A DNA stretch of 64,000 bases, taken from Vitrella brassicaformis CCMP3155 (lineage: Eukaryota > Protista > Chromerida). The notes below the pieces were generated by a model, which saw only the letters and a program-made list of their open reading frames with translations, was not told the origin of the DNA and ran no database searches. A program made the position numbers and the translations under genes. Positions 11,288-24,129 of the stretch are shown in pieces. Position 1 is the stretch's first letter; each line of letters begins with the position of its first letter. The DNA is taken from contig CDMY01000261.1 of the NCBI GenBank assembly GCA_001179505.1, positions 62,001 through 126,000 on the forward strand, written 5' to 3'.

Positions 11288-14274
11288 CTACCGGTGCTGC
11301 CTGAGTTTCCTCTGCATCTGATCGAGTCTGTTCTCCAACTGCGTCACCTGAGACTGAAGCTGCTGCTTCGTCTCAGACAAACTCTACACACACCAACACA
11401 ACCACAACCACACACACATGGCCAATCAATATTCACAACCACCCCCCACCCCCACCCACGCCAGCCCGTGCCCATTCTCCTTCGTGCTGACCGACCTCAC
11501 CTCGAAGGACAGCAGCTCCGCCAGCAGTGTCTCCTTCTCTCTGGTTTTGGCCTCTGCCAGTCGCGCCTCCTCGCGGCTTCGCAACACGGCCTTGTTGAGG
11601 CTGCAGACCAGGGCCTCCTTCTCGCTCACTGAAGACGTCAGCTGCTGGTCGTACGCTCGCAGGACGGCCCTCTCGGTGGCAAAGAGCCTCTCGAGGTCGA
11701 GCAGCCGGTGCTCTACCGTGTGCAGGTCTGGCCAGGGTGGGGGGACACAGACAGAAGAGGTGTCTCCTTCCCTCCCTCTGTGTGTCTCTCTCTCTCTGTG
11801 TCTGTCTGTCTGTCTGGATGGATGGATGGATGTCGTGTGCATACCTTACCCCTGTTGAGTTGGAGCCTTCTCCGTGTGAGCATGTGTATCTCGGTGCCGA
11901 TCAGGACGGCCTCGTGCTGCAGCGCCGCCTCCGCACTCATGCGCTCAAAGTGAAACCGCTGCTCCTACACACACACCACACACACACACACCACACACAC
12001 ACACACACACATATCGGCATTTGCAATGGGAGAGGGGCGGGGGGGGATCCACCTTGAGGATCCACTGCTGTTCCTCCGCGACGAGTTTGGACCTGAGTTG
12101 CTCGCTGGCCTCCTCGGCGGCCTCCACCTCGTGCAGCAACACTCGAATGTGCGACACCGCCTCGCGAGACGCTCCCGCCTCACTCTCGTGACGCAGCAAC
12201 GCCTTCTTGCGCAGATGCACCTACACACCACACACAACACAACACAACACCCCAGTGGCTGGTTGGCTGGTTGGGCGTTCGTGTGTGTTGAATGGCATTT
12301 TTGCCTACGAGCTGGTCGCTGATCTCCTGTTGCTTGAGGGCCTTTTGGTAGCTGGCCCATGAGGGGCTGTGCAGGTGGTCGCCGCAGAGGACCAGCCGGT
12401 CCCTTATGCACCGCTGCTGAGTGCGGTGGAGGTGCTGCAGCTCCTCCAGCAACGACACGGCCTCCATCCCACGACGGCCATACAGCTGATATATCGAAGC
12501 AGGGAGGCGGGAGGCGTGTGAGTTGTGTCTCCGTGTGTGTGTGGCGCGTGCACAGAGATACCTCTTGCAGATGGCGGTGCAGCTCTTGTGGCGTCGGGCA
12601 TGGATACGCCTGGTAAAGGAGGGAGGGGCGACACAGCCCGTCGGTCTGTCTGATAGCTTGGTTGTTTTGCGTGCTCACTGCTTTGACGTGCGTCTGCAGC
12701 AGCTCTCTGATGCTCTCACTGGGCACACCAGGCGGCCCCTCCATGCCCTCACCCTACACACACACACACACACATGCCGGTGACCTCCCCAGCCCCCACT
12801 CAGTGACCACCCACCCACCATGAGTGCCTTGACCAGCGGACCGTCCCCTCCTCCACGCAACACCTCGGCAACAACGTCACACCCCTCAGCAAACTCCACA
12901 ACGAGCCCTCCACTGTCTGGTACATCGGCGAAGGCCGCGGCGCCCAGCAGGTGCAGCGACGACAGCAGGCGGGGCTTGCTCGACATGGCGGCGAGAGAGC
13001 CACCGGGGATGACAACCGACCTGCATGGCAAATGGACGAGTCACTGACGCCTTCATGTGTGTGTGGGAGGGGGGAGGAGAGGGGGATACCTTCTGATCGC
13101 GGCTTTGCGGTCCAGCAGGTCTGCTACCGTGCCTACAGCCACGGCACCGGATGAAGTATCTGAGACGAATGAGCACCACTGAGACAGTCAATATGTTGTC
13201 ACTCCTGCCTGCCTGCCTGCCTGCCTGCCTGCGTCTCTGTCTGACCGATCTGCAGTGCCTGCATCATGTCGGATGCCTTGAGCAGCTCAGGCTGCGTCAT
13301 GACCAACACACCCTGCCACACACCTGCGCGCCATCTCGTCCACACACATAAAATACGTCCACACACCGGGATGAATCTCACCCTAAGGCGCCGCACCTGT
13401 CAGTGCCGTGTCGAGCAGCCGCGCGATGCTGACGATGTCCACCCTGCCGTCCGTCGCAGAATGCTCCAGCCAACCTGCACACACACAAAGAAAGAACCAC
13501 CACAGAAAGCTGCACACACCCTCAATCAAGCCAATGTCTCCGGTGCGCACGATGCGCTCACTCTGGCATTTGGTCCGTCGCTGCTGGTGGAGGGTCCCCA
13601 CGTGTGTGTCGATGGCATCGATGACAGCCGTGACGGAGACCCTCCACTGCCCCCTGAAGTATGTCCGCCATATCTGCTGGAGGGCACCGCTGCAGAAGTA
13701 GTTCTCGGGGTCGAGGCCACGCAGCACTCTAGATAGAGACAAAGCAAAGAGACACACAGACGGCTGGGATGGATGGATGGATGGATGGATGGATGGATGG
13801 CTGGATGGAAAGATGGGCGTGTGACGTCGGCACTCACTCTGCAGGCTTGAGAGGTGGTGACTCCGAGACGGTGTAGTGGTCCAGCGCGCCGATGGACCTC
13901 ACCGCCCACTGCAGCTGACCCGCTAGACGGCGCAAACCGATCAAACACGACTTCGTCACACACACACACACACACAAGCGAAGGGCGCGGCGAATGACAC
14001 GCAGTGACGGCCGGCAGCAGAATCCTGCTTCTCACCTGCAGCTCCCTCTTGACGGGCAGGGCGTCCAGCAGCGCCTGCCGCTCCGTCGGGGCTTCTGGCT
14101 CGGGAGCACTGGCGCTGCACTGCTCGCCGATGCTCTGCCTGACCCGGGCAAACACTTCGAGGAAGGCCAGCAGGAGGAGCCGCACATTTCGCAGCGACTC
14201 CTCGATGGCACTCACAAACACCGACAGAGACGAACTCTGCACACACACAGACATACATACATACATACATACAT

Positions 14275-14308
<34 letters not shown>

Positions 14309-14557
14309 GGCGAGCTGACGTAATTGCACTGGATAGCGCCTTGCATGGCACACTCTCACCGGGGCGCCTTGGCTCCCCTCTGCATCGATCTCCACCACCT
14401 TGTCCACGAGCGGCAGCTTGGCCTCCAGCCGCCGCAGCACCGTCAGTGCTAGCCGGTGGGCGGGGCTGCCACAAAGCCGTGGATGCAGCTCCGGGAGCTG
14501 CTGAACGAGGCCAAGACACGAGCTGGTCAGATCAGCCAGAGACGATGTCGAGCTCAT
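11288..14557 (-). CDS. Multi-exon hypothetical protein: helical N-terminus, EF-hand-like segment, C-terminal coiled coil
   Basis: Exons [21 protein letters not shown].., [28 protein letters not shown].., [13 protein letters not shown].., [14 protein letters not shown].. and final [31 protein letters not shown] (TAG at 11288-11290). Some middle junctions are unresolved. Confidence 0.7.
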
Positions 14558-14689
14558 GATGGGATATATAAGGGGCAGTGAGGGGGAGAGGGGGAGGCGC
14601 TTGACCCAGCTAGATGCACTTAAGGTCACAATGGGGGGCAGCTGAATCGACCGAGACGCGCGTCCCGTGGGCGTCTTGGGGGCGTGATG

Positions 14690-14697
14690 TGCGAGCT
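14690..14697 (+). promoter_or_regulatory. TGCGAGCT motif in the divergent gap between the coiled-coil gene and MORC
   Basis: atgTGCGAGCTgag between ATG 14557(-) and ATG 15080(+). Confidence 0.55.
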
Positions 14698-15079
14698 GAG
14701 CTCGAGATGGATCCACTGGGGGAAGATCAATGGCCTCACACAGCCGGTAGAGTGTGACCACACCGACCCAGCTCAGATCTGACCAAAACCGGATCTCGGC
14801 GCACATCCATCCGCCGGGCAAAAAAGCGACTGGCCGGTAAGGGAGATGCAGGGCCACACGTGACGTGGGGCAGAGAGGAGCCGCCACACCCGCTACATGC
14901 ACCTCTGATGCCACACCCATGCACACCCTCCTCCCTCCCCATGCACCCCACCTGAGTGCTTCCTTCCCACATGTCATGTCAGTCGTGTGTCCTGTCCTTC
15001 CCTCAGGTGATCAGATCAGATCCCGCCACTCACTCTACTCAGTCAGTCGCCAGCCACCAGCCGTCGTATCCTTGGTGTG

Positions 15080-15394
15080 ATGGCGCGTTTCGACCCGTCG
15101 GTTCAGTACTGGGGCGACAGCGTGTCATGCTTCACCATAGTGCTGGACCCCTGCATCAGGACCAAGGCCGACCTCAAGCAGTGCATGGTCAGCCAACCCA
15201 GCGAGTACCCAGCCATACGAGTGTACGCCAAGCGGCGGGACAGTGGTGGCCAGCAGCCAATGCTGGTGGACGGGAGCAGCAGCAGCGGCGCGGGAGCCGC
15301 TGGCGGGGCCGGGAGTGGGGTGTCGGTCAAGGTCGTGGCGGCGCTGTTTGACAACTCGAGGTGGGCTGAGTGTGGGAGAATGGGGAGGCGGTGT

Positions 15395-15425
<31 letters not shown>

Positions 15426-17182
15426 CAGTTTTGAGCCTTCCGAGGCCATCCAGACGGTCATGTCTGTGCTTCCAAACTGGGAGCGACAGTAAGCAGAACA
15501 AAAGCCAACGAGAGCATTGCACATCCCAACCTACCTTGTACACCACCCGTCGCGTGTCAGATTGGGCGAGAAGCTGAGCGCTGCCGAGGGCAAAGCGAAT
15601 GGCGCGGCGGCACAGAACGGCACCATTTCCCACGTCCCCAGCGGAAGTAGGGAGCGGAGCAAACACGCCCCGCCCCCCACACCAACCTACACACACAGAC
15701 AAGAATCCATCCGTTCATCTCTGTTTCTCCCGATTGATTTCAGTTGTGGGGTCGGTCCCTGCCCGTGCAGAGCAGCACGGCCAGCCGCAGGTAAACGGCC
15801 TTCCTGGTCCGCTGCCGCCCCCTCCCCCGCCCCCGCCACCCATCACCAAAGCACACACCCCCACAAGCAGACAGATCGACAAGGGCAGACCTCTTGGTGA
15901 GTGCGTGGGTGGGTGGGTGGGTGGGTGGACGGCCATCCACACAGCCACATATACGTTGATGGCGTCAGGTCCGCGTGACCAGTTGAAGCGTCACATGGAG
16001 TCGTTCCCGAGTCGGCCGCCCCAGGCCACACTCAAGGACCTCGTCGACTACATCTTTGCCGAGAACGTCGTGGGCCCGGACCAGCGCAAAATGATCACCG
16101 AGATCGTAACCTAAAATACTCGTCTCTGTCTGCCTGCCTGTGGTTTCACCTCTAGCAATCAAAAGCATTCCTCCTCCCCCCCTCCCTCCCTCCCTCCCTC
16201 CCTCCTTCCCATGTGTGTGTGTCTGTGCAATGTCATTCTTTCCATCCAGGTGCAGAAGTTCCTCCACGACGAGATCAAACACCAAGACGTCTACATGTAT
16301 GTCAGCAGGAGGAGGACGGCACGGCACACAAGCAGCATAAACAAGACAGACCCACCCCTCCCTCTCCCTCCCTCTTGGCCTCCTCACTCAGGCACATCGG
16401 CAACGTGATAGGCGCGGATTTCCTGCAGTCGTGCATCCGTGTGGTCCACAAGAACATCAGGGACAAGATGACGGCCGGCGGTCACCACCCCCACGCACCA
16501 CAACACGACGGCTACCCACCACCGGGCGGTAGCAGAGGCCTCACCAACGGAGTTGGCAGGAGGGTCAGTGAGGCAGGCTCTACTTTGGGGGCTTAGTGAA
16601 TGGATGGACACCATACGCGATGGTTGTGTGTTCTGTGTGTGTGTGTGTGTGTGTGTAGGAGATGGATGCAAGGAACGTGCGCAGAGGTACACAGGAGCGA
16701 GCGGACTCAGTCACACGGTTCCAGCTGTCTCTACGCGTTGATTATGGTCATTCAGAGAACGTTGTTCTTCCCCGCGCCGGTGCGGCCCCCTCTCATGCGT
16801 CGGCGAACGGCGCCGTCAACGCCGGCCGAGGTCAGGCGGCTGACTGACACCCAATGCCCACACACAGCACTGACTGACACCGGTTGCTTCTGGCTGGCCT
16901 GGCTGTGCAGGCGCCCCCATGCCCAAGAGTCAGTGGGAGAAAACGTCGTGGATCCACGTAGACGCCATCAAGAAGAAGGTGAGTGAGTGACCACAGACTG
17001 ACTGACTGGGAGGGGGAGGGAGGGAGGGAGGGGCCTCGTCACGTGAGCTGCATCATATCGTACGCAGAGCGTGTTGGGTCCGAACGCTGGTCACGCGATG
17101 CTCGTCAACCCCGAGAAGTTCGAAGCCTACTTCTTCGGCGGTATCCTTCCATCCAACCAACCATCCATCCATCCCCCACCTC

Positions 17183-17216
<34 letters not shown>

Positions 17217-20200
17217 CTTGTCTGTCTATGTGTGTGGCTGCAGGCCAGGCCAAAGATGACGCCAGTTTCTCCAATCTGTGGGTGCTCGACCTGGTCGGCT
17301 CGGGTGGTCACAACTCACACATCACATTCAACACACACCACACGGCACCAACCACTCACTGCTGCACTCCATTGGTCTGTTACCATGTGTGTGTGTCTGT
17401 GTGTCTGTGTGTGTGTGTGTGTGTGCAGCGTACGTTCCGCTCCCGTCGTGTCGAGTGCGGCGGCGACCGGCCGCCCAACAGGTCGCTGCACACCGTCAAC
17501 TACATCAGCAGACATGCCGCCGGACAGGTGAGCTGGGAGGGAACCAGCCTTGATGTGTCCATCAAGATGTGGGTGTGGGTGTCCTTCAGGTGCTGCTGTT
17601 CGGTGGCCTGGGTGACGATGGCAGATGTCTGAAAGACATACACTGCCTGGAACTGGCCGAGTTCCGGTGGGTACACACAGTCACAAATGTCACATGCACT
17701 GCACCGGTGTGTGTGTGTGTCAGGTGGACGTTGAAGCAGGCCTTCGGTTCGTCGCAGCCGTCGGCACGCTACGGACACACCGCTGCCGTCTGGCCGCCAG
17801 AGAGCGAAATACCTGGGGTGAGGGGAGGGGGGGGCCAGCCAAACACACTACACTGCCATGCCAGCTCAGCTCACATGGGGGTTGGTCCATGGGATTGTGT
17901 TGTGTGTACCATCCTCCGTCCCAGCGTGACAAGGACAGCGAGTTCCTCTTTGTCTTTGGGGGCCACTCGGCGTAGGTGTAGTACTGTACCCTCACACACA
18001 CACACACACACACCCCACCTCATGTGTCTCTTCTCTCTGTGTGTGTCCATCCATCTAATCTAACCTAATCTGTGTGTGTGTGTGTACTATTCTCTCTCTC
18101 TGCCTGTCTGTCTGCAGCGTGAGTGAGCTGAATGACTTCTTCGCCTTCCACATCGAGTCGTCCACCTGGGTCAAGGTCGACACCGGCAGACAGACCTCAG
18201 GACCATCCAAGAGATTCGCACACAAATGGGTGATATAGAGCCAGCCAGCAGTGGGTGGGCGGGGCCACACACACACACACACACACAGAGACAAACACAA
18301 AGGTCGGTGTGTGTCTGTGCGTGCCATGCGCATGACAACAGGACTGGTCGGGCCTCAAGACCATCATTCTCTTCGGCGGCTGCTGTGGCCGGGCCGACGG
18401 CGGATCCGCGGCACTGCAGGGGTCAAACGAGACCTGGAAATTCGAGGTACGATGACCACACATCACATCAGCACCGCACCCATGGGCACCTTCCTTAACT
18501 GTCCAAACAGGTAGAAGCGGCGGAGCCCAACACTTTGGAGGTACGAGGAACGTGGAGCATCATCCCGACACGCGAGACCCCCGCCGGCAGATGGGGGCAC
18601 GGCCTAGGATTCATGTCGCACGTCATCGAGAAAAAGGGGGTACGCACCGTACCTCACACGCCCATCGCCCTCTCTATCATCAACACAACACACACACGTG
18701 TGCGCGTGTGTGTGTATGTGTGTGTGTGTGTTGTGTGCCCCGGTCGCTATCTGTCTGTCACCAAACACACACACAGCGCAAGAACGTGGATCGTTGTCTG
18801 ATCGTTGTGGGTGGCGAGAGCGAGGACCAGCAGCGGCGGAAGGCCGGCCACGGGGTGGTCGCGCTCAACCTCAAGACGAACCAATGGGAGAAGCTCGAAC
18901 ACGTCAGGACAGCACAGGACAGCCCCTTTTGCCTCCACCACCCACCGCACACACACACCGTGACATCCATCCACCCATATCTGTGTGTGTGTGTGTGTGT
19001 GTGTCCATGCGTCAATCAGATCACACCTGTGGCTGTGGGCGAGGGCGGCGCTGATGGCGCATCCTTCGCGCCGCGCAAGGACTTCGCCTTTCTCTTCTAC
19101 GAAGCCAAGTGAGCCGAACAAGCCACAAGGACAGACCACACCCAGCAGCAGCGCCTCACACACACACACACACCACACCACTCGCAACCGTGGCTGGCTG
19201 GCTGTCGTGTGCATCAGCCCCTTCTGGAGCCCGGTTGAGAATGCGTCAGGTCTGCCGAAGGAGAAGATGGTGCCCGCACCGTGCATTCTGCTGCACGGGG
19301 GCACTGACACACGCAACACTGTAAGTGATGTGATCATGGAGGGAGCCGGGAGAGCGAGAGGAGAGAGAGGGGGGAGGGGAGGGGGTCAGGCTGTCCACAC
19401 GTGCACCTCTATGCTCCACGTGTGTGTGTGTGTGTGTGTGTTGTTAGGTCCTCGGTGACACGTGGATTCTGTCTCTCGTTGGGCCAAACCCTCTCGACGT
19501 GAGTGAAGTGACCCCAAAGCGGCCGTATATATGCCTCGCCTCGTGTTACACGCTCCCATGTCCCTCCCTCCCATTTGTGTGCGCAGTTCTACGACAAGTC
19601 GATGCTGCACCGGCCGCCGCTGACGCCGCGACAGCCAGAGGCATCCCCCACTGAGGGCATGCCAGAGCCTGTGGTCGGTGAAGACACACAGAGCACAGCA
19701 CTCACACAGGTGGACGAGCACAATATTGTTTGTGTGTGTGTGTGCCTGTCTGTCTGTCTTTGCAACCAGGACGACAGTCTGATTCAGCGTACGATCGTTG
19801 AGGCGCAGATGAGTGGGGGCAAGAGGCCCGTCGACTACACCGGATTCGACTGCACACCGAGTATGATGAGCCTGTGGGGACCATCTTCATGTCATGTGTG
19901 TCGGTCGTTGGTGTGGTGGATCCGATCCGCATGGCCTGTGTGTGTGTGCGAGTGGCCGGCAGGTTTGTTGTATTCCCTGACGACGATTCAGCGGTGGTTT
20001 CTGGGCGCAGTGGCGCACCTTGTGGATAACGCCATCACACACCGTAAGCACGCAGACCAGAGACACACCACACCGCGCCACATCCACATGCTCCCATGTC
20101 ATTCTCTCGTGTGTGCGTGTGTGTGTGTGCGTGTGTGTGTGTGTGTGTGTGTCCTCCCTCGCTGGTCAGCCCCCGACCCGCATCGTTCTGAGCGGCTGCT

Positions 20201-22948
20201 CGAGATCCGTATCGAGCACAAGACTATACCCAACTCAGGCAAAACGTGTGTCAGCGGCCCAGGCCAACACATACACACACAAGACGTATGTGATGTGGTG
20301 TGTGGATGATTGTGTGCGCGTGTCTGTCTGTCTGTCTGTGAGGGTGTTTAGGGCGCTGCTGGTGTCTGACAACGGCTTTGGCATGGAGGAGTCGACTTTC
20401 CATCGGTGGGAAGCAGGAATCACCACACTGACATACACACACAGACAGACACGCCAGCCACGGCATCTAGATCTGCCCCTATCTATCTATCTATGTATCA
20501 GGTTTCTGCACTACTGGGGCGACCCATCGGACACCCCTGGCAAGAGCCACCAGTACGGCATGGGCTTCAAGATGGCCTTCGCGCGCATCGCCAGGAACTG
20601 CCTCGTCGTCACCAAAGCCAAACACACCATGAGTGAGTCAGGGAGTGAGGGAGAGAGACAGTGAGTGCCTGCACTGCACACACTATGGCACCGCACCCAG
20701 CCGACTACATAACGTTCTTGGTGTGTGCAGGTGTCGGCTTGCTCAGCCTGGAGCTGCTCGAGGAGGCTGGCGTGCGCAGAGGCATCGGCGCACCGGTATG
20801 CAGCCATACGAAGCGCGCCCCACAGCACCGTGTGTCTTGACACACGTGTGTGTGTATGTGTGTGGGTGGGTGGGTGTGGGTGTGCAGACGCTGAGCTGGA
20901 ACCGCGCCACCCGCAGCCTGACGAGCGGCCGCGACGTCCGTCCGCACCAGAACCTGATTCTGCAGTACGGGCCGTGGCAAGACGCTCGACAGATCAGCGA
21001 AATGCTCGAGCAAATCCACGATGAAGGNNNNNNNNNNNNNNNNNNNNNNNNNNNNNNNNNNNNNNNNNNNNNNNNNNNNNNNNNNNNNNNNNNNNNNNNN
21101 NNNNNNNNNNNNNNNNNNNNNNNNNNNNNNNNNNNNNNNNNNNNNNNNNNNNNNNNNNNNNNNNNNNNNNNNNNNNNNNNNNNNNNNNNNNNNNNNNNNN
21201 NNNNNNNNNNNNNNNNNNNNNNNNNNNNNNNNNNNNNNNNNNNNNNNNNNNNNNNNNNNNNNNNNNNNNNNNNNNNNNNNNNNNNNNNNNNNNNNNNNNN
21301 NNNNNNNNNNNNNNNNNNNNNNNNNNNGGCGTACTGGGCGAACGCATCACTCCCTCACTGACTCTTTCACCGTTCAGGCACCATTATGATGTTCTATGAC
21401 ACCCGGCCCTGGACCGACCTCGACCACCTCTACGAAGCCGACGCCTGCCTCCGCATCCCACACAACGCCAAGACGCACAAGGCTCACACCATGCACCAGA
21501 CGACACCCACCCCACAACCACCACCACCAGCACCAGCAGCGGAAGGGAGGGAGCAGAATGGCGACCATGAGGGCAGCAAGGAGCCGCCGTTGAAGCGCGT
21601 CAAGGACGATTCGGCGACCATGATGGACGTCGATGTGGCTGCGAGTGGGGGCGGGGGCGCGCCTGAGGCCACGAGTGTGTTGGACGTGTGTGAGAGGTTC
21701 CCCTTCTGGAGTGACGCTCGTGGGTCGCCCGACTACTGCATGGCCACCTACCTCTTCTGGCTCTACCTCACGCCGCCCGACCAGACACCCAAAGTGGTCA
21801 GTCAGTGTGGGTCGGCAAATGGATGGATGGATGGATGGATGGGCGGGTGTGTCTGAATCCTTGTGGTGTTCAGGCGTTGTATGTGCAGGGCACCCGGCTG
21901 ACCGACCCCCGGGTGGAGCAGCAGCTGCTCAAGGTGGAGGACTCAGACATGCCGGATGCCGCACCATCACCCGCCCCTGTCCCTGCCTCTGCACCTACCC
22001 CTGCACCGCCGCAAAGCGAAGCCCCACCACCAGCGCCAGCACAAGGACCAACAGCACCAGCCCCGCCCCCCGCAGCAGCAGCTGCTGCTGCAGAACCAGC
22101 CTCCACACCAGCCAGCGAGGCACCGCAGCCGGCTCCAGCAGCAGCAGCAGCAGCAGCAGGTCCCCCCGACATGGAGGCCTACGTGAATGAGTGGATCCGA
22201 GCCGCCAGCACCGACAGCTCCCAGCCCTTCCATCCATACGTCACCAAAGGTGGTGGTCTATGCGCCACCATCGTGCAGGACATGCTCTGTCTCATCGCCT
22301 TCCTGCCCCCCTCACCCGCACCACTGGCCACAATCACCCTCCAACAGCTGGACTCCTTCGTTGCATCGGAGCACCTCAAGGATGCCAGGAGGGAGACAAG
22401 AGCCACGTGGAGCGACGAGTCGATCGAGGAGTTCAAAGGCTGCATCATCCGCTCCAGGCCTGACGAGGTCGAGGGGAAGGAGGAGCAGGGTGCTGCTGAT
22501 GGCGCAAGCGTCCAAGCAGCAGCAGCCGCATCCGCAGCAGCAGCAGCGGCGCCACCCTCACCCTCCTCTCCAGCACCAGCCCGCCCCTCTGGTGACACGA
22601 TGGACATTGACAGGCAGGAGACGACGGACGAGCCTCTCCCGCCGCCACCACCACAGCAGCACCAGCCACAGCAGCAGCAGCAGCCATCACCACCCCCTCC
22701 ATCGCTTCCAGCACCGACCGCCGACCAGCCGCCGACCACCTTGGTGGACGTGCTGACCCACCGGCTGCACTGTGCAGTGGAGCTCAACTACCTCTTCACG
22801 CCCAGCGACCAGGCGGAGGGCGGCTGGGGGATGCTGGGCTTCATCAACAAGCCGCCCAACCACACAATGAGAGCCACCCAAGACCGGCTGTGTGTGAGTG
22901 AGGCAGGTAGGTCATTCGGACAGAAAGACACTGAGGTGTGGGTGTGCA

Positions 22949-22981
<33 letters not shown>

Positions 22982-24129
22982 ATCTGTCTGTGTGGTAGGC
23001 GTGTTGCTGTACCACAAGAAGCGGCTGATCCGTCGGCTTGAGGGCCCCTTCCCGGCCGACCCCGCACTCCTCTCGCCCAAGCCTCAGCCCGCCGTGTGGC
23101 GCAAGGTGGTGGACGGCTCTGAGACGGTGGACCGGCGCTATGTGCACGTGGGTGTTGACGACCCTGCGGCCATTGACTTTGGGCTGACGGCGGTCATCCG
23201 TAAGCAGCTTGGCTGAAGGGGGGGGGGGGAGGGATTGATGGCGGGAGAGAGAGGTGTCAAACGGATGGATGGATGTGTGTGTGTGTGTGTGTGTACAGAG
23301 GTGCCTGATTGGATGCTGGCTACGGTGACGAAGCAGGAGTTCATCTACGAGAACAACCTCGTCTGGCGCACCTTCAACCACAAACGTACTACACACACGA
23401 CGGACGCAAACTGACCTGACCTCAACTGGCAGCCAGCCAACAGATACACACACACACGCACGATCTTTTGCACCCCCTGTCTCCTTTTCTTTCTTCTTCA
23501 GTCCGGAAGCTGCTGCAGAGCTACCTGCGTGTGGCGGCCGATGAGGACCTCCTGCAGCAGTGGAAGGCCAAACGGTAGACACACACACACACACAGATGG
23601 ATGGCGTGAGTCTATCCACTTGCTGTGCTGTGGTGTGGTGCGGTGTGGTGTGTCCATCTGGGTGACGTGCAGGCAAGCCGACTTCGACGCCAGCGGCCCC
23701 ATCTGCCGCCGGCAGCCGTCCCCACCCTGCAACCGCAGTCCGCCCTCAGAGGCGCGATATGCCCCGATGCTGATCCATCCGCGGAGGTCACTCTGGCCGG
23801 AGAAGAAACGCCCAGCACCAGCCAGCAGCAACAACGGCAGCAGCGTCGAGGGCGACAACAATGCGGCCCCTCCCTCCTCAGACAGACCCGCACAGGCGCC
23901 ATCTGCAGCACCCGCAGCTGCAGCGACAGCAGGGGAGAGTGCGCCAGGTCCGCATCAGCAGCCACAGCCCGCCCCGCAGGTGGCGAGAGGGGTGTCGATG
24001 AGGGAACTGCTCGAGAGGGTGAGGCGGGTCAACGATGCGGTGGGGGCGACCAATCCCAATCCCAGTCCAAACCACCCCAATCCCTCGATGACGGTGAGGG
24101 AATGGCTGACGAGGATGGAGGAAGAGTGA
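15080..24129 (+). CDS. MORC: Apicomplexan-type MORC: RST-like helical domain, Kelch repeats, GHKL ATPase, S5-like domain, long low-complexity inserts
   Basis: Kelch repeats (AYFFGG..NLWVLDL; SLHT..VLLFGG..DIHCL; ARYGHT..LFVFGG..NDFFAF; IILFGG..NETWKF; GRWGHG..LIVVGG; LLHGG..VLGDTWIL). GHKL boxes WFLGAVAHLVDNA, VSDNGFGM, QYGMGFKMAF, VGLLS, then DYCMATYLFWLYL, GVLLYHKKRLIR, VTKQEF. Last exon frame fixed by the phase-2 junction to ..WLTRMEEE*. Part of the ATPase region lies in the N gap. Confidence 0.9.
21028..21327. other. Assembly gap (300 N) inside the MORC gene
   Basis: Run of N between ..QIHDE and the exon GTIMMFYDTR. Confidence 1.

Noticed and set aside
13526-14977. 483-aa minus-strand ORF as a single CDS
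   Set aside because: It reads through several obvious introns ([12 protein letters not shown]) and upstream non-coding DNA; the real start is taken as ATG 14557.
20633-21389. ORFs spanning X runs
   Set aside because: Artefact of the 300-N gap.
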